The position numbers and the translations under genes were made by a program. From IMG/VR virus record IMGVR_UViG_3300030107_006096, positions 20,977-84,976 of that record: a DNA stretch of 64,000 nt, one strand, 5' to 3'. How positions within the stretch are numbered: position 1 is the stretch's first letter; each line of letters starts with the position of its first letter. The notes beneath the pieces were generated by a model. The model was not told the origin of the DNA. It saw only the letters and a program-made list of their open reading frames with translations, and ran no database searches. This document shows positions 31,326 to 41,321 of the stretch, in pieces. The DNA comes from a virus.

Positions 31326-32275
31326 CAGTTGCAGAAGCCACAAAAGATTTTTTGTGGGTTGAAAAGTATAGACCTAAAAGCATTAATGAATGCGTTCTTC
31401 CAAACTCTATTAAAAAAACTTTCAAGCAAATGGTCGATTCTGGTGAATCTCAGAATTTGCTTTTGTCTGGAGGTGCAGGTTGCGGAAAGACAACTATTGC
31501 AAGAGCGTTGTGTAATGAATTGGGAGCAGACAATATCCTGATAAATTGTTCAGAGAATGGAAACATAGATACTCTTCGCACCACTATTCGAGAATTTGCA
31601 AGCTCTGTTTCTCTAACAAATTCAAAGAAGGTTGCTATCCTCGATGAGTTTGATTATTCGAATGCACAGAGTATTCAACCTGCACTGAGGGGAGCGATTG
31701 AAGAGTTTGCTAATAACTGTAGATTTATTCTAACTTGTAATTATAAAAACAGAATCATTTCTCCTATTCATTCTCGTTGCACGAATATCGATTTCCAAAT
31801 TCCAAACAAAGAGAAACCTATTCTCGCACTAGAGATGATGGAACGAATTAAATCTATTCTTAAAACAGAACAGGTAGATTTCGAAGACAAAGTTTTGGCA
31901 GAATTGATTCAAAAGTATTTTCCAGACTTCAGAAGAATCTTAAATGAGTTGCAAAGATATTCGGTTGGTGGTAAAATTGATGTAGGGATTCTATCTCAGA
32001 TAGGAGAACTGAATGTAAAGCAACTGATGAAGCACATGAAAGATAAAGATTTTTCAGGTGTTAGAAAATGGGTTGTTAAGAACTTGGATAATGATCAAAC
32101 ACAAATCTTCAGAAAGATATATGATGGTTTGTATGATTATTTGGAGCCACAAAGTATTCCTTTAGTGGTGTTAATTCTAGGAGAGTATCAGCATAAAGCA
32201 GCTTTCGTTGCTGACGCTGAAATAAATATGGTTGCATGTCTAGTACAAATTATGATGGAAGCAGGATTTAAATAA
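31322..32275 (+). CDS. gp44: Clamp loader large subunit gp44
   Basis: LWVEKYRP, GGAGCGKTT, ILDEFD, HSRC, FPDFRRILNELQRY. Confidence 0.96.
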   Translation: MTVAEATKDFLWVEKYRPKSINECVLPNSIKKTFKQMVDSGESQNLLLSGGAGCGKTTIARALCNELGADNILINCSENGNIDTLRTTIREFASSVSLTNSKKVAILDEFDYSNAQSIQPALRGAIEEFANNCRFILTCNYKNRIISPIHSRCTNIDFQIPNKEKPILALEMMERIKSILKTEQVDFEDKVLAELIQKYFPDFRRILNELQRYSVGGKIDVGILSQIGELNVKQLMKHMKDKDFSGVRKWVVKNLDNDQTQIFRKIYDGLYDYLEPQSIPLVVLILGEYQHKAAFVADAEINMVACLVQIMMEAGFK

Positions 32276-33054
32276 TGTCTAAAGCTATAGAAAATTTTGA
32301 CGAGTCTTTATACACACATAATTTCATTACAGATCTTTATGATGAGGGATTTATGGAGAGATCATATCAAGACAAAAGAGTTCAAAATATAAATTTTGCT
32401 AGAATCTTGATAGATTTTTTCAAATTTGATAATCGAAGTGTAGTCGATTTTGGATGTGGAACAGGTGTTCATTTAAATGTGTTCAAAGAAAGAGGTTGCG
32501 AAGTTCGAGGATTTGAATATTCATATGACGCAGCAAAACCACAACATGAGAAGATGGGACTTACTGAAGAGGAAATTACATTTGGTGATGTTTCTGAACC
32601 GATTAAGCTGTCTAAAAAGTATGATGTTGCAATGTCCATAGAAGTTGCAGAACATATCCCGAAAAGTAAAAGCGATAATCTAGTTTCAAATCTAGTCAAC
32701 GCTACGGATGGGATTATATTTTTTACTGCTGCTGGTCCAAACCAAAGCGGAACTGGTCATATTAATTGTCAACCAAAGGATTTTTGGAGATCTAAATTCG
32801 CAAAACATGGTTGGTATATACCACTCGCAGAAAATAAATGGAGTTACATTGCGCCGATTGTAGATAAATTCACCCCAGTTAATTATCCCTGCACATGCAA
32901 TCCAAGAGCGGTATGGTATTGGTTAGTATCTAATTTAATGATATTCCAGAAAGAAGAAAAGATACAAGAATGCTTCGCTTATATAAGAGAACTAGAACAC
33001 GGACCGGAATGGAATTATGAGGACCCATTGAAGGGTTTAAAAATTTATGACTAA
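32275..33054 (+). CDS. Class I SAM-dependent methyltransferase (glycan-associated type)
   Basis: VVDFGCGTG, SIEVAEHIP, FTAAGPNQSGTGHINCQ. Confidence 0.82.
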   Translation: MSKAIENFDESLYTHNFITDLYDEGFMERSYQDKRVQNINFARILIDFFKFDNRSVVDFGCGTGVHLNVFKERGCEVRGFEYSYDAAKPQHEKMGLTEEEITFGDVSEPIKLSKKYDVAMSIEVAEHIPKSKSDNLVSNLVNATDGIIFFTAAGPNQSGTGHINCQPKDFWRSKFAKHGWYIPLAENKWSYIAPIVDKFTPVNYPCTCNPRAVWYWLVSNLMIFQKEEKIQECFAYIRELEHGPEWNYEDPLKGLKIYD

Positions 33055-33074
33055 TTTACAGATGGAGACAAATT

Positions 33075-33383
33075 ATGACAGAATATAGGCCACAAGGATC
33101 ATGGTTATTTTTAGAAAAAGTTGATTACGAAGAAGAAATAACAACGGAATCTGGTATTGTATATAAAGCAAAACAGGTTCTAGATACAGTTTATGTGGAA
33201 GCAACTATCTTAGCAATGGGACCGGGATTGCCCCTTCCTAGTGGAGAGATCCCAACTCCAGAATATTCAGTTGGTGATAAAGTTCTATATGATGTCCGAT
33301 CCAGAAAAGGAACATATAAAGAGTATGATATGATTCGTATGGAGGATGTAGTTTCAATCGTGGATGAAGATGAAGCTGAGTAA
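33075..33383 (+). CDS. groES: GroES-like co-chaperonin (functional analogue of T4 gp31)
   Basis: YRPQGSW, mobile loop TTESGIV, ILAMGPG, VGDKVLY, MEDVVSIV. Confidence 0.8.
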   Translation: MTEYRPQGSWLFLEKVDYEEEITTESGIVYKAKQVLDTVYVEATILAMGPGLPLPSGEIPTPEYSVGDKVLYDVRSRKGTYKEYDMIRMEDVVSIVDEDEAE

Positions 33384-33753
33384 TTTTTTAAATTCGATTA
33401 ATCATGAAAAGAATGATCTATTCTCAGACGATACGGAGTATGCTGAGAAGATGTATCAGCCATTTGTGATAAACAGATCTCTATCTTATTTTCCTGATAC
33501 TATTTTTCATGCGAACGAGATGAATGTTTTAAATTCTCTCTCTGAAAAAATGCAGTATGATTATTTGAAATGTTCTATTCGCAAAAGAAAAAGATTCAGC
33601 AAATGGATTAAGAATGATAAAATCGATGATTTGGATCTCATAAAAGAATATTTTAACTATTCAAACAGCAAAGCTGAAGAGGCGCTGAGAGTTCTTACAG
33701 AGGATGCCATAGAGGAAATCCGCAAAAGAACATACACAGGGGGGGTTAAATAA
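33364..33753 (+). CDS. gp62: Clamp loader small subunit gp62
   Basis: FLNSIN, YQPFVINRSLSYFPDTIFHANEMN, RKRKRFSKW, YFNYSNSKA. Confidence 0.93.
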   Translation: MKMKLSNFLNSINHEKNDLFSDDTEYAEKMYQPFVINRSLSYFPDTIFHANEMNVLNSLSEKMQYDYLKCSIRKRKRFSKWIKNDKIDDLDLIKEYFNYSNSKAEEALRVLTEDAIEEIRKRTYTGGVK

Positions 33754-33796
33754 TTTTATAGCATATATATTAGGTGAACTAATTAAGGAAAATGCT

Positions 33797-34204
33797 ATGA
33801 GTGATGATGTTTTTAAAGGACTTGGAGTCGAAGTAAAATTAAATAATGAAGATGACTTTTTGAAGGTGTGTGAAACTTTAACAAGAATTGGTATTTCCTC
33901 CAAGAAAGAAAATAAACTTTACCAATCTTGTCATATCTTACATAAAAGAGGAAGATATGCAATTCTTCATTTCAAAGAGTTGTTTGTTCTGGATGGTTTA
34001 GAGACTGATATATCTGTGACTGATATAGGAAGAAGAAATAAGATCGCAGATCTTTTAGATGAGTGGGAGTTAGTAGAAATTATTGATCCTGAAAGATATG
34101 AGGAACCGCAAATATCTTTAGCTCAACTGAAAATTCTTCCCTATAAAGAAAAAGATGACTGGAATTTGATACCCAAATACCATATTGGGAACTATAGAAA
34201 ATGA
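33797..34204 (+). CDS. regA: Translational repressor RegA
   Basis: DDFLKVCETLTRIGISS, LYQSCHILHKRGRYAILHFKELF. Confidence 0.97.
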   Translation: MSDDVFKGLGVEVKLNNEDDFLKVCETLTRIGISSKKENKLYQSCHILHKRGRYAILHFKELFVLDGLETDISVTDIGRRNKIADLLDEWELVEIIDPERYEEPQISLAQLKILPYKEKDDWNLIPKYHIGNYRK

Positions 34205-34210
34205 GTAACT

Positions 34211-34897
34211 ATGTCAAAATTATTAATCAAATTTCCTTCTCGGAACAGACCTGACAAGTTCAAAAAGGTTCTGAGAAAGTACATCGATTTTCTTTCAGGA
34301 AATCATGATGTTCGTTTTGTCATCTCTATGGATGAAGATGATAAAAAAATGAACACGAAAGATATAAAAACATTTCTAAAGAGACTTCGTAAAGGTGGAG
34401 TAGATCTCGTTTATCATTACGGAAACTCAAAAAGTAAAGTTGAGGCATGTAATGCAAATATGGAAAATGAAAATGCAGATGTAATCATGTTGATCTCGGA
34501 TGATATGATTCCTCAACTTAGAAATTATGACGATGTAATTTTTGAATACTTTTCAAAGGCATTTCCAGATTTTGATGGTGGTATCAAGTTTCACGATGGA
34601 CTCAGAAATGATATACTAATGACTCTTCCTATCATTGGCTGGAAAGTTTATGAGAAGTGGGGATACATCTATCATCCCGATTACACTTCTTTATATTGTG
34701 ATACTGAACAAACTTTTGCTTTACAGATAATGGGAAAGTTAGCAGCGGTTGATATTTGTCTTGCGAAACATGAATGGACACCAGAACCTTTTGATGAACT
34801 TCATGCAAGAAATGAAAATGCACAGATGTATCACAAAGATGGTGCAGTTTTCCAAAGAAGAAAAATGAATAATTTTGATGTAGGAGTTTTATCGTGA
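34211..34897 (+). CDS. GT-A fold glycosyltransferase (GT2-like)
   Basis: IKFPSRNRP N-terminus, SDDMIP (DxD-like), YHPDYTSLYCD. Confidence 0.7.
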   Translation: MSKLLIKFPSRNRPDKFKKVLRKYIDFLSGNHDVRFVISMDEDDKKMNTKDIKTFLKRLRKGGVDLVYHYGNSKSKVEACNANMENENADVIMLISDDMIPQLRNYDDVIFEYFSKAFPDFDGGIKFHDGLRNDILMTLPIIGWKVYEKWGYIYHPDYTSLYCDTEQTFALQIMGKLAAVDICLAKHEWTPEPFDELHARNENAQMYHKDGAVFQRRKMNNFDVGVLS

Positions 34898-35808
34898 GTG
34901 AAACTATTTTATCTTATTGTTTGTTTGAACCAATTACTATGCACTTACATAGAACTTGGGACAAAAATAGAATGGAAATGAATCGGTATTGGTATAACAT
35001 ACCTGCACTTCTAATTGCAAACGAAATACTATATCCTAATTTTGATACTAGATTTTATATAAGTCCCAGTGTTAAAAATAATCCTCTTTTTCCTATATTG
35101 AAAGACACAGGGGTTCAGGTGGAAGAAGTTGAATTAGAATTTGAAAGAACTTCAGAACCCATGTTATGGAGAATGATGCCTCTTTGGGATGATGTTTCTT
35201 GTTTTTTCACAAGAGATGTTGACTCAATTCCAAACAGAGAAGAGGCACAATGCACCTTGTACTTCAAGAATAGTGATCACCATATTCAAACAATAAGATC
35301 GCATGAGAATCACTATCATGAACAGGGATGTGATATGTTAGGAGGTCTTTCTGGATTTAAACCTAAACTGATAAAGAAGAAACCACAAAATTTTACAAGC
35401 TATTACAAATCTAAAAATGATATGCCTTGGGCCCAAGATCAATATCTTATGGTCAATACTTTCATATATTCACAAGAGGATAAGTATATCAATAAGAGAT
35501 TTTTAGATTGTCCTATAAACAACCAGAGCAGATCAGCAAAGTTTTCTTGTTCGGAAATAAATGAGAAACAAAAAAATACTATTTCTTTCTCTCAAAAACA
35601 AGAAGAGGTTTTAGAAATAATAGAAAGAAATAACATAAGCACATGGGCAGGAGAACCTTGCGACACAAGAGGAAACATTCTAAAACAATTTTTATCATTA
35701 GATACAAAGATGGGAAGAAAGATAAATAAACTATTCAAGAGTGATGATTCTATTGCGAATTTTTATGGAGTATGTAATGAAGATTTATCTAAACAAGTCG
35801 TCGCATAA
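34894..35808 (+). CDS. Putative glycosyltransferase-like protein
   Basis: MLWRMMPL..RDVDS..IRSHENH..MLGGLSG..DQ pattern, recalled from glycan loci and large viruses. Confidence 0.5.
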   Translation: MSETILSYCLFEPITMHLHRTWDKNRMEMNRYWYNIPALLIANEILYPNFDTRFYISPSVKNNPLFPILKDTGVQVEEVELEFERTSEPMLWRMMPLWDDVSCFFTRDVDSIPNREEAQCTLYFKNSDHHIQTIRSHENHYHEQGCDMLGGLSGFKPKLIKKKPQNFTSYYKSKNDMPWAQDQYLMVNTFIYSQEDKYINKRFLDCPINNQSRSAKFSCSEINEKQKNTISFSQKQEEVLEIIERNNISTWAGEPCDTRGNILKQFLSLDTKMGRKINKLFKSDDSIANFYGVCNEDLSKQVVA

Positions 35809-36562
35809 AGGAGATACATTCCGAGAGTTACTTGGAATGTGGGAAGAGTCTGGTTACTGTAAATTGCATAAATCCAATGACAGATTTTGTTGGGTGAATG
35901 GAGTTGGTAACATTTTGCTATATGAATATGCAAGATTTGATTTCATTCCAAACATGTGGAAATTTGGACTCTTTTCCAATAGTCAACTTTTCTATGGCAA
36001 CTGCTCTCCTTGGATATTTTGGGCAAGACATCCCAGAAAGTTAGAAAAATCTATTGACGAGGGAATTCTTTCTTATTCCGAAAGAGACACCTCTTCTATT
36101 TTCCTAGGAAAAATAGAAAATCAAATACAATATAATGGAAGAATGGGAAAGGATTGGGGCGAAGTTATAGAAGAATTTAGTATGCCAATTTCTTTTGGTG
36201 ATTCTAAATCTTATCCATACACACAAGAACAATATTTAAATAAAGTAAAAAGTTCTAAGTTCGGACTGGTGTTGCCTGGTTATGGACCTAAATGTAACAG
36301 AGAAATAGAATACTTTGGTTTGGGCACAGTTCCAATCTATACAACAGATACTGGCCTTCATTATTACGATAGTCTTAAGGAAGGTGTTCATTATTTAATG
36401 GTAGAATCACCAGAAGAAATTCCTTCTTTGTTGGAAAAAATAGACGAAAAAACTTGGAATGAACTTTCATCAAACGGTAGAGAATGGTACAATAAAAATT
36501 GTTCTCGCAAAGGATCCTTTGAAACTACACAAAAAATTATAAAGGAACATGCCGGTGGATGA
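35741..36562 (+). CDS. Exostosin/GT47-like (GT-B) glycosyltransferase (likely start 35777)
   Basis: YLNKVKSSKFGLVLPGYG..REIEYFGLGTVPI. Confidence 0.6.
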   Translation: MMILLRIFMEYVMKIYLNKSSHKGDTFRELLGMWEESGYCKLHKSNDRFCWVNGVGNILLYEYARFDFIPNMWKFGLFSNSQLFYGNCSPWIFWARHPRKLEKSIDEGILSYSERDTSSIFLGKIENQIQYNGRMGKDWGEVIEEFSMPISFGDSKSYPYTQEQYLNKVKSSKFGLVLPGYGPKCNREIEYFGLGTVPIYTTDTGLHYYDSLKEGVHYLMVESPEEIPSLLEKIDEKTWNELSSNGREWYNKNCSRKGSFETTQKIIKEHAGG

Positions 36563-37256
36563 TTCAATCACTGTTATACTTACAGTCTGGAAAAGACATA
36601 ATTTAGAAGAGCAGTTGATTGCAATTAAAGATCAGACTGCCAATATTGATTCTATCTACGTTTATCAAAACGAATCACATGTTGATATAAGTCATCTAAA
36701 AGAAAAGTATGACTTCAAACATGTGCAATCTAAAGACATGAACTTCAAGTTCCACGGAAGATTCACCCTTCCTTTATTATTTGAAACAAAATATACAGCA
36801 ATATTTGATGATGATACTATTCCAAATAAAGGATGGTTGCAGCATTGTAAAAATCTTTGCGACAGTAAAAATTGTATAGTTGGAGCCAACTGTAGAAATA
36901 ACGACGGATCGGGTCATGGCCTTTGTGATGGTAAACTAAATGCAGATCCTATCAAATGTGATATTGTTGGTCACTGTTGGTTCTTTAAAACAGAATGGAT
37001 TCATCACATGTGGAGAGAACCCGCCTTCACTTTCGACAACGGAGAGGACATACATTTCTGTGCATCATGTCAAATATATGGTGGTATAGATTCTTATCTT
37101 CCTTCACAAACACAGCAGGACATGGACAACTGGGGAGATACAAGACCTCTGTTGGGAGCAGACAACCACGCTACATGGAAACGAGAAGATCACAATCCAA
37201 TACGAAAACAGCTATATGAATATTGGATTTCAAAAGGATGGAAGGTTACAAAATGA
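36549..37256 (+). CDS. GT2-like glycosyltransferase
   Basis: ITVILTVWKR, IFDDDTIP, GEDIHF. Confidence 0.72.
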   Translation: MPVDDSITVILTVWKRHNLEEQLIAIKDQTANIDSIYVYQNESHVDISHLKEKYDFKHVQSKDMNFKFHGRFTLPLLFETKYTAIFDDDTIPNKGWLQHCKNLCDSKNCIVGANCRNNDGSGHGLCDGKLNADPIKCDIVGHCWFFKTEWIHHMWREPAFTFDNGEDIHFCASCQIYGGIDSYLPSQTQQDMDNWGDTRPLLGADNHATWKREDHNPIRKQLYEYWISKGWKVTK

Positions 37257-37957
37257 TTTCAATTAGATATTTTCCTCCGGACTGGGGCTTCGGAAACAGA
37301 ATGTTGTACTACAATAACTTAAGACAGATTGCCGAGAACAATGCAGACTCTTGGTCCTGTGTTCCTTGGGAAGGTCATGACATGTTTAGAGGTAACATGT
37401 TAGGGGAAAAGGCAATGGGAAATCTTGTACTGAATCCTTGTCTTGGGGAAAAGTTTTTTGAAATGCATAGCGTTCCAACAAGAGAGATCTTTCAACTGAA
37501 TGAAGAAAAACATTTTGAAGGGAAAGTTGCCGCAGTTCATTTCAGGGGTGGTGATTTTTTCCAATGGAATCCTGATGCTGTTTTAGATAAAGATTACTAT
37601 CTGAATGCAGTCGATTCTATTAAAGATGAAGTTGATAAGTTTATACTCTTCACAGAAGATGAATCTTTGCCTTCCTATTCCGCTGTTGAAAAATATTTCG
37701 AGGATGAGGGAGTTGACTACGACATTGGTGATAATCAAAGAAGCAATTATGTTGATGATTTTAGAAACATGTCGGCTTGTGATTATATTATTTCTAGTCC
37801 ATCAACTTTTTGTATTTGTTCTGCCATGATAGGAAACAAAACTAATGTAATCCATTCTAAAAAATGGATAGATAATAGAGTGAACGCTCAAGATAAATTT
37901 TGGGTAGATTTAAACAACGGCGGAAATGAAGATTATTCAATATGGAGATTAGTATGA
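37223..37957 (+). CDS. Alpha-1,2-fucosyltransferase-like, GT11 (likely start 37253)
   Basis: GFGNRM, VHFRGGDF, MSACDYIISSPSTF. Confidence 0.8.
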   Translation: MDFKRMEGYKMISIRYFPPDWGFGNRMLYYNNLRQIAENNADSWSCVPWEGHDMFRGNMLGEKAMGNLVLNPCLGEKFFEMHSVPTREIFQLNEEKHFEGKVAAVHFRGGDFFQWNPDAVLDKDYYLNAVDSIKDEVDKFILFTEDESLPSYSAVEKYFEDEGVDYDIGDNQRSNYVDDFRNMSACDYIISSPSTFCICSAMIGNKTNVIHSKKWIDNRVNAQDKFWVDLNNGGNEDYSIWRLV

Positions 37958-38574
37958 ATTATGAGAAGTATTGGATAGATGGGATGGGACTACACTCCAC
38001 CCAACTAGAAAAAATTGCACAAATTCTAAAAACCGGAGTCAAAAATGTGGTTGAATTTGGTTCTGGTAAATCCACTGAGTTCTTAGTTGATTTCAGAGAA
38101 GAGAATGAACTAGATTATGAAATATGTTCATTTGATCATCATCCATTTTATGGATATAAAGAGACTCATGATTTCTTAACAACACATCGTCGAGACATAG
38201 TTCGATGTAGTGATGAATGTTATGAAGAAATGTTTAATGAGAAGAAATACAATAAGTCCTGTTTTGTTAACTGTCAAAATGAAATGGATAATTTTCGAAT
38301 TAAAAATTCTTTTTATGATATAACAGAGGAATATTTACCAGAAAATATAGATTTGGTTATTCTAGATGGACCCAATGGAAATGGTAGAAGTATATCATTT
38401 CTACATTTAAAAGATAAGTTGTCTAAAGAGGCACACATTCTAATCGATGATTCAGATCATTATGATTTTGTAGAACGAAGTAAAAAAATATTAGATGTAG
38501 AGGTTATTGTTCATGAAAATGATACCTCAATCCATCCGTTATTCAATTACGCATTATTAAAGGTGACATCATGA
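37942..38574 (+). CDS. Class I SAM-dependent methyltransferase
   Basis: VVEFGSGKST, LVILDGP, ILIDD. Confidence 0.72.
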   Translation: MEISMNYEKYWIDGMGLHSTQLEKIAQILKTGVKNVVEFGSGKSTEFLVDFREENELDYEICSFDHHPFYGYKETHDFLTTHRRDIVRCSDECYEEMFNEKKYNKSCFVNCQNEMDNFRIKNSFYDITEEYLPENIDLVILDGPNGNGRSISFLHLKDKLSKEAHILIDDSDHYDFVERSKKILDVEVIVHENDTSIHPLFNYALLKVTS

Positions 38575-39374
38575 ATAAAGTATATCTAAAGACATATTTT
38601 TATGTCCCTCATGAAATAGATTTTTTGATTATGAATTTATTAGAGTCTTATGATCACATAGACAAATTTATCATATGTGAATGTAATAGGACACACACTG
38701 GTCAACCTAAAGAATTTATCTTCGAAGAATATCTAGATAGATTCCCAGAAGAATTCAGAGACAAAATTTTGTACATTCCTTGTAACATTGAAGATTACAC
38801 TGTAGAGGCATATGAGAACGAGGATGACATTCATAATATCAACGAACCTGTAATGAGAAGTTTCTTTATGAAACAGATGACTTTTAATGATGATGACATT
38901 ATTCTTTCAGTTGATGCAGATGAAATTATCTATAGGGATGCTTACAAATACATCATCAAAGAAGTAAAAGAAAAAGATTTGGTAAGATTCAATCTACATC
39001 AGTTCTTCTACAAAAAGACTTATTTGTGGGAAGGTAAAGATTTTGTTTCGCCAATAGCAGCGAAATATAAAGTATTTAAAAATCATTTCCCCTGTAACTG
39101 GAGAGATGTTGGACCTATTCTTCCAATAAAGGTTGGTTGCCATTTCTCATGGTGCATGACTCCAAAGGAAATGGTTCATAAACTCCACACATATAGTCAT
39201 CCCAGATATAGATTTTGTGCGGACGAAGAGGTATTGAAGAATGCTATTGATAATAAAGAATATCCGTTTGATGAAAATGTAGATTTTAATATTGTAGAAC
39301 TTGATTATAATCATGAGGTGTTACCAGAATGTCTGAAAAGTCAATCGCAATACTTGGAAAAGGCCCCAGTGTAG
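38571..39374 (+). CDS. GT17-like (MGAT3-type GlcNAc transferase) glycosyltransferase
   Basis: DKFIICECNRTHTGQPK, ILSVDADEI, GCHFSW..KLHTYSH. Confidence 0.72.
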   Translation: MNKVYLKTYFYVPHEIDFLIMNLLESYDHIDKFIICECNRTHTGQPKEFIFEEYLDRFPEEFRDKILYIPCNIEDYTVEAYENEDDIHNINEPVMRSFFMKQMTFNDDDIILSVDADEIIYRDAYKYIIKEVKEKDLVRFNLHQFFYKKTYLWEGKDFVSPIAAKYKVFKNHFPCNWRDVGPILPIKVGCHFSWCMTPKEMVHKLHTYSHPRYRFCADEEVLKNAIDNKEYPFDENVDFNIVELDYNHEVLPECLKSQSQYLEKAPV

Positions 39375-39922
39375 ACAAGTGTACGAAAGAGTTTATTGAT
39401 TCTTTCGACGAAGTTGCTGCTTGTGGAAGACCTGTTTTTACAGGTTATGAACATCTAATTGGCAACAGAGCAAAGTATGATTTTGCAAATAGAACTGCTA
39501 CTCCATACACACAAGAGGAAGCACAGAGATTAGGCATAGAACACTTCATTGATACTGGAGGAGGCACAAAAATCAGAGAAAGATTTAGTCATGGAGACTT
39601 AGATCCTTCAACTGGCATCCTAGCTTTTCATCATTTCCTAGAAAAACCAGAGTATACTAAGATTGCCTTGATTGGTTTTGATTTGTTTCAAACAATGGAG
39701 AAGGTGTATTATTATAAAAATGAAGAATTTGATCCTGCTTTAACATGGTTATGGGAAAATGGAACATACGATTCGGAAGGAAGGTTGACCATTGTTAGTG
39801 GTCATAAGACAGAGTTGATATTTAAATATCTAAATGACATGTTTGATTTATATAAAGATAAACAATTTTACATCATGTCTTCTTATAAATTTAGTGAAAA
39901 GGAAAATTTAAAAGTATTATGA
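39329..39922 (+). CDS. Sialyltransferase-like protein (GT29/GT42-like motifs)
   Basis: IAILGKGPS..FIDSFDEV (sialylmotif-L-like), PSTGILA..IALIGFD (sialylmotif-S-like), late His (GHKTE). Confidence 0.55.
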   Translation: MSEKSIAILGKGPSVDKCTKEFIDSFDEVAACGRPVFTGYEHLIGNRAKYDFANRTATPYTQEEAQRLGIEHFIDTGGGTKIRERFSHGDLDPSTGILAFHHFLEKPEYTKIALIGFDLFQTMEKVYYYKNEEFDPALTWLWENGTYDSEGRLTIVSGHKTELIFKYLNDMFDLYKDKQFYIMSSYKFSEKENLKVL

Positions 39923-40677
39923 AAAATATAGATCTTAAGAAAAAATATGATGAGGTTTTCAAGGAAGGTTCTGAAAACTTTTTTACATGCAACGTCTTCA
40001 GAGAGGCATGGACAATCGCCGGCGCCGAAGATTGGTCGGGGAAAAAAGTAATGGACATTGGTTGTGGTGAAGGTATGTTGCCCACAATGATTGCACATGC
40101 TGGAGCTTCAGATGTAGTAGGAGTTGACTATAGCGAAGAGGCTATTGATAACGCCAATAACAAATTTGAAATTGAAAATCTACAGTTTGTTTGTGGGGAC
40201 TACAGAGAAGTTGAAGGAAAGTTTGACATCATCACAATGCAAGGAGTCATGGAACATTTAGATGAACCTTGGGAGGAGTTGAAGAATATGATGGACAATT
40301 ACTTAGAAGAGGATGGTGTCTTAGTTACAAGTTCTCCTTCATTCTTAAATCCCAGAGGATATGTATGGATGACTTTAGCTAAATTGTTTGATGTTCCAAT
40401 GTCACTTACTGATCTTCATTTCATATGCCCATTTGATATGGAAAATTTTTGCGAAGAAAATGATTATGAATTAGATTATACATCTATCCATCAGGATTGG
40501 GGCTCAGGAGAAACATTAATAAGAGATTTCAACAAGAGACTTCGTAATGCCCTTCGTGATGCGGATATGGATAATAGTAAAGTTGATGATCTTTTAGAAT
40601 GGTTACATCAAGCAACTCCATACTTCGAAACAAATGAAGCGTCAGGAGCTATTGTAGTTTATAGGATAACAAAATGA
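39919..40677 (+). CDS. Class I SAM-dependent methyltransferase (UbiG-like)
   Basis: VMDIGCGEG, VGVDYS, FDIITMQGVMEHL. Confidence 0.85.
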   Translation: MKNIDLKKKYDEVFKEGSENFFTCNVFREAWTIAGAEDWSGKKVMDIGCGEGMLPTMIAHAGASDVVGVDYSEEAIDNANNKFEIENLQFVCGDYREVEGKFDIITMQGVMEHLDEPWEELKNMMDNYLEEDGVLVTSSPSFLNPRGYVWMTLAKLFDVPMSLTDLHFICPFDMENFCEENDYELDYTSIHQDWGSGETLIRDFNKRLRNALRDADMDNSKVDDLLEWLHQATPYFETNEASGAIVVYRITK

Positions 40678-41321
40678 AAATAGCATATGACATCGGAGCA
40701 AATTCTGGATCTTTTACGCAATCGTTTTTAGATGATGGGTATGAGGTCATTTCAGTTGAACCTAACCCAGATGTTTTTCAAAAACTAAAAGATAAATTTG
40801 AAGATAATTCAAACGTGATCCTAATAAACAAGGCAGTATCATCCAGCGGCGACAAAGTTAATTTTTTTGTTCCAAAAATTAAAGGAAAACATGTGGTTGC
40901 TACTTGTTCGGAAGATTGGTTTGGGGGAAGATTTAAGTATATATTTGATCAAGGTTATGATAAAATAGAAATGGATTCAGTATCTTTAGATGAATTGATC
41001 AAAGTTCATGGAAGTCCAAGTAGAATAAAAATAGATGTGGAAGGTTATGAATATAATGTAATAAAAAGCATGACTGAAAAACATGATTGTCTCATCAGTT
41101 TCGAATGGACATCTGAAGTCTATGAAGAAGCAAAAAAAGTTTTACTCCATTTAAAGTCCTTGGGATTTTCAAAAGGAATGATATTGAATGGAGATGATTC
41201 CTCGACATATAAGAATACACCAGAAAATAAATTAAATAGCATTGAAGAAATGATATCTTTTTTCGAGTCGGACATTTCGAAAACACATTCGGGCAGTTGG
41301 GGAGATGTTTACATTAAATGA
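40674..41321 (+). CDS. FkbM-family methyltransferase
   Basis: DIGANSG, VEPNP, KIDVEGYE. Confidence 0.88.
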   Translation: MKIAYDIGANSGSFTQSFLDDGYEVISVEPNPDVFQKLKDKFEDNSNVILINKAVSSSGDKVNFFVPKIKGKHVVATCSEDWFGGRFKYIFDQGYDKIEMDSVSLDELIKVHGSPSRIKIDVEGYEYNVIKSMTEKHDCLISFEWTSEVYEEAKKVLLHLKSLGFSKGMILNGDDSSTYKNTPENKLNSIEEMISFFESDISKTHSGSWGDVYIK

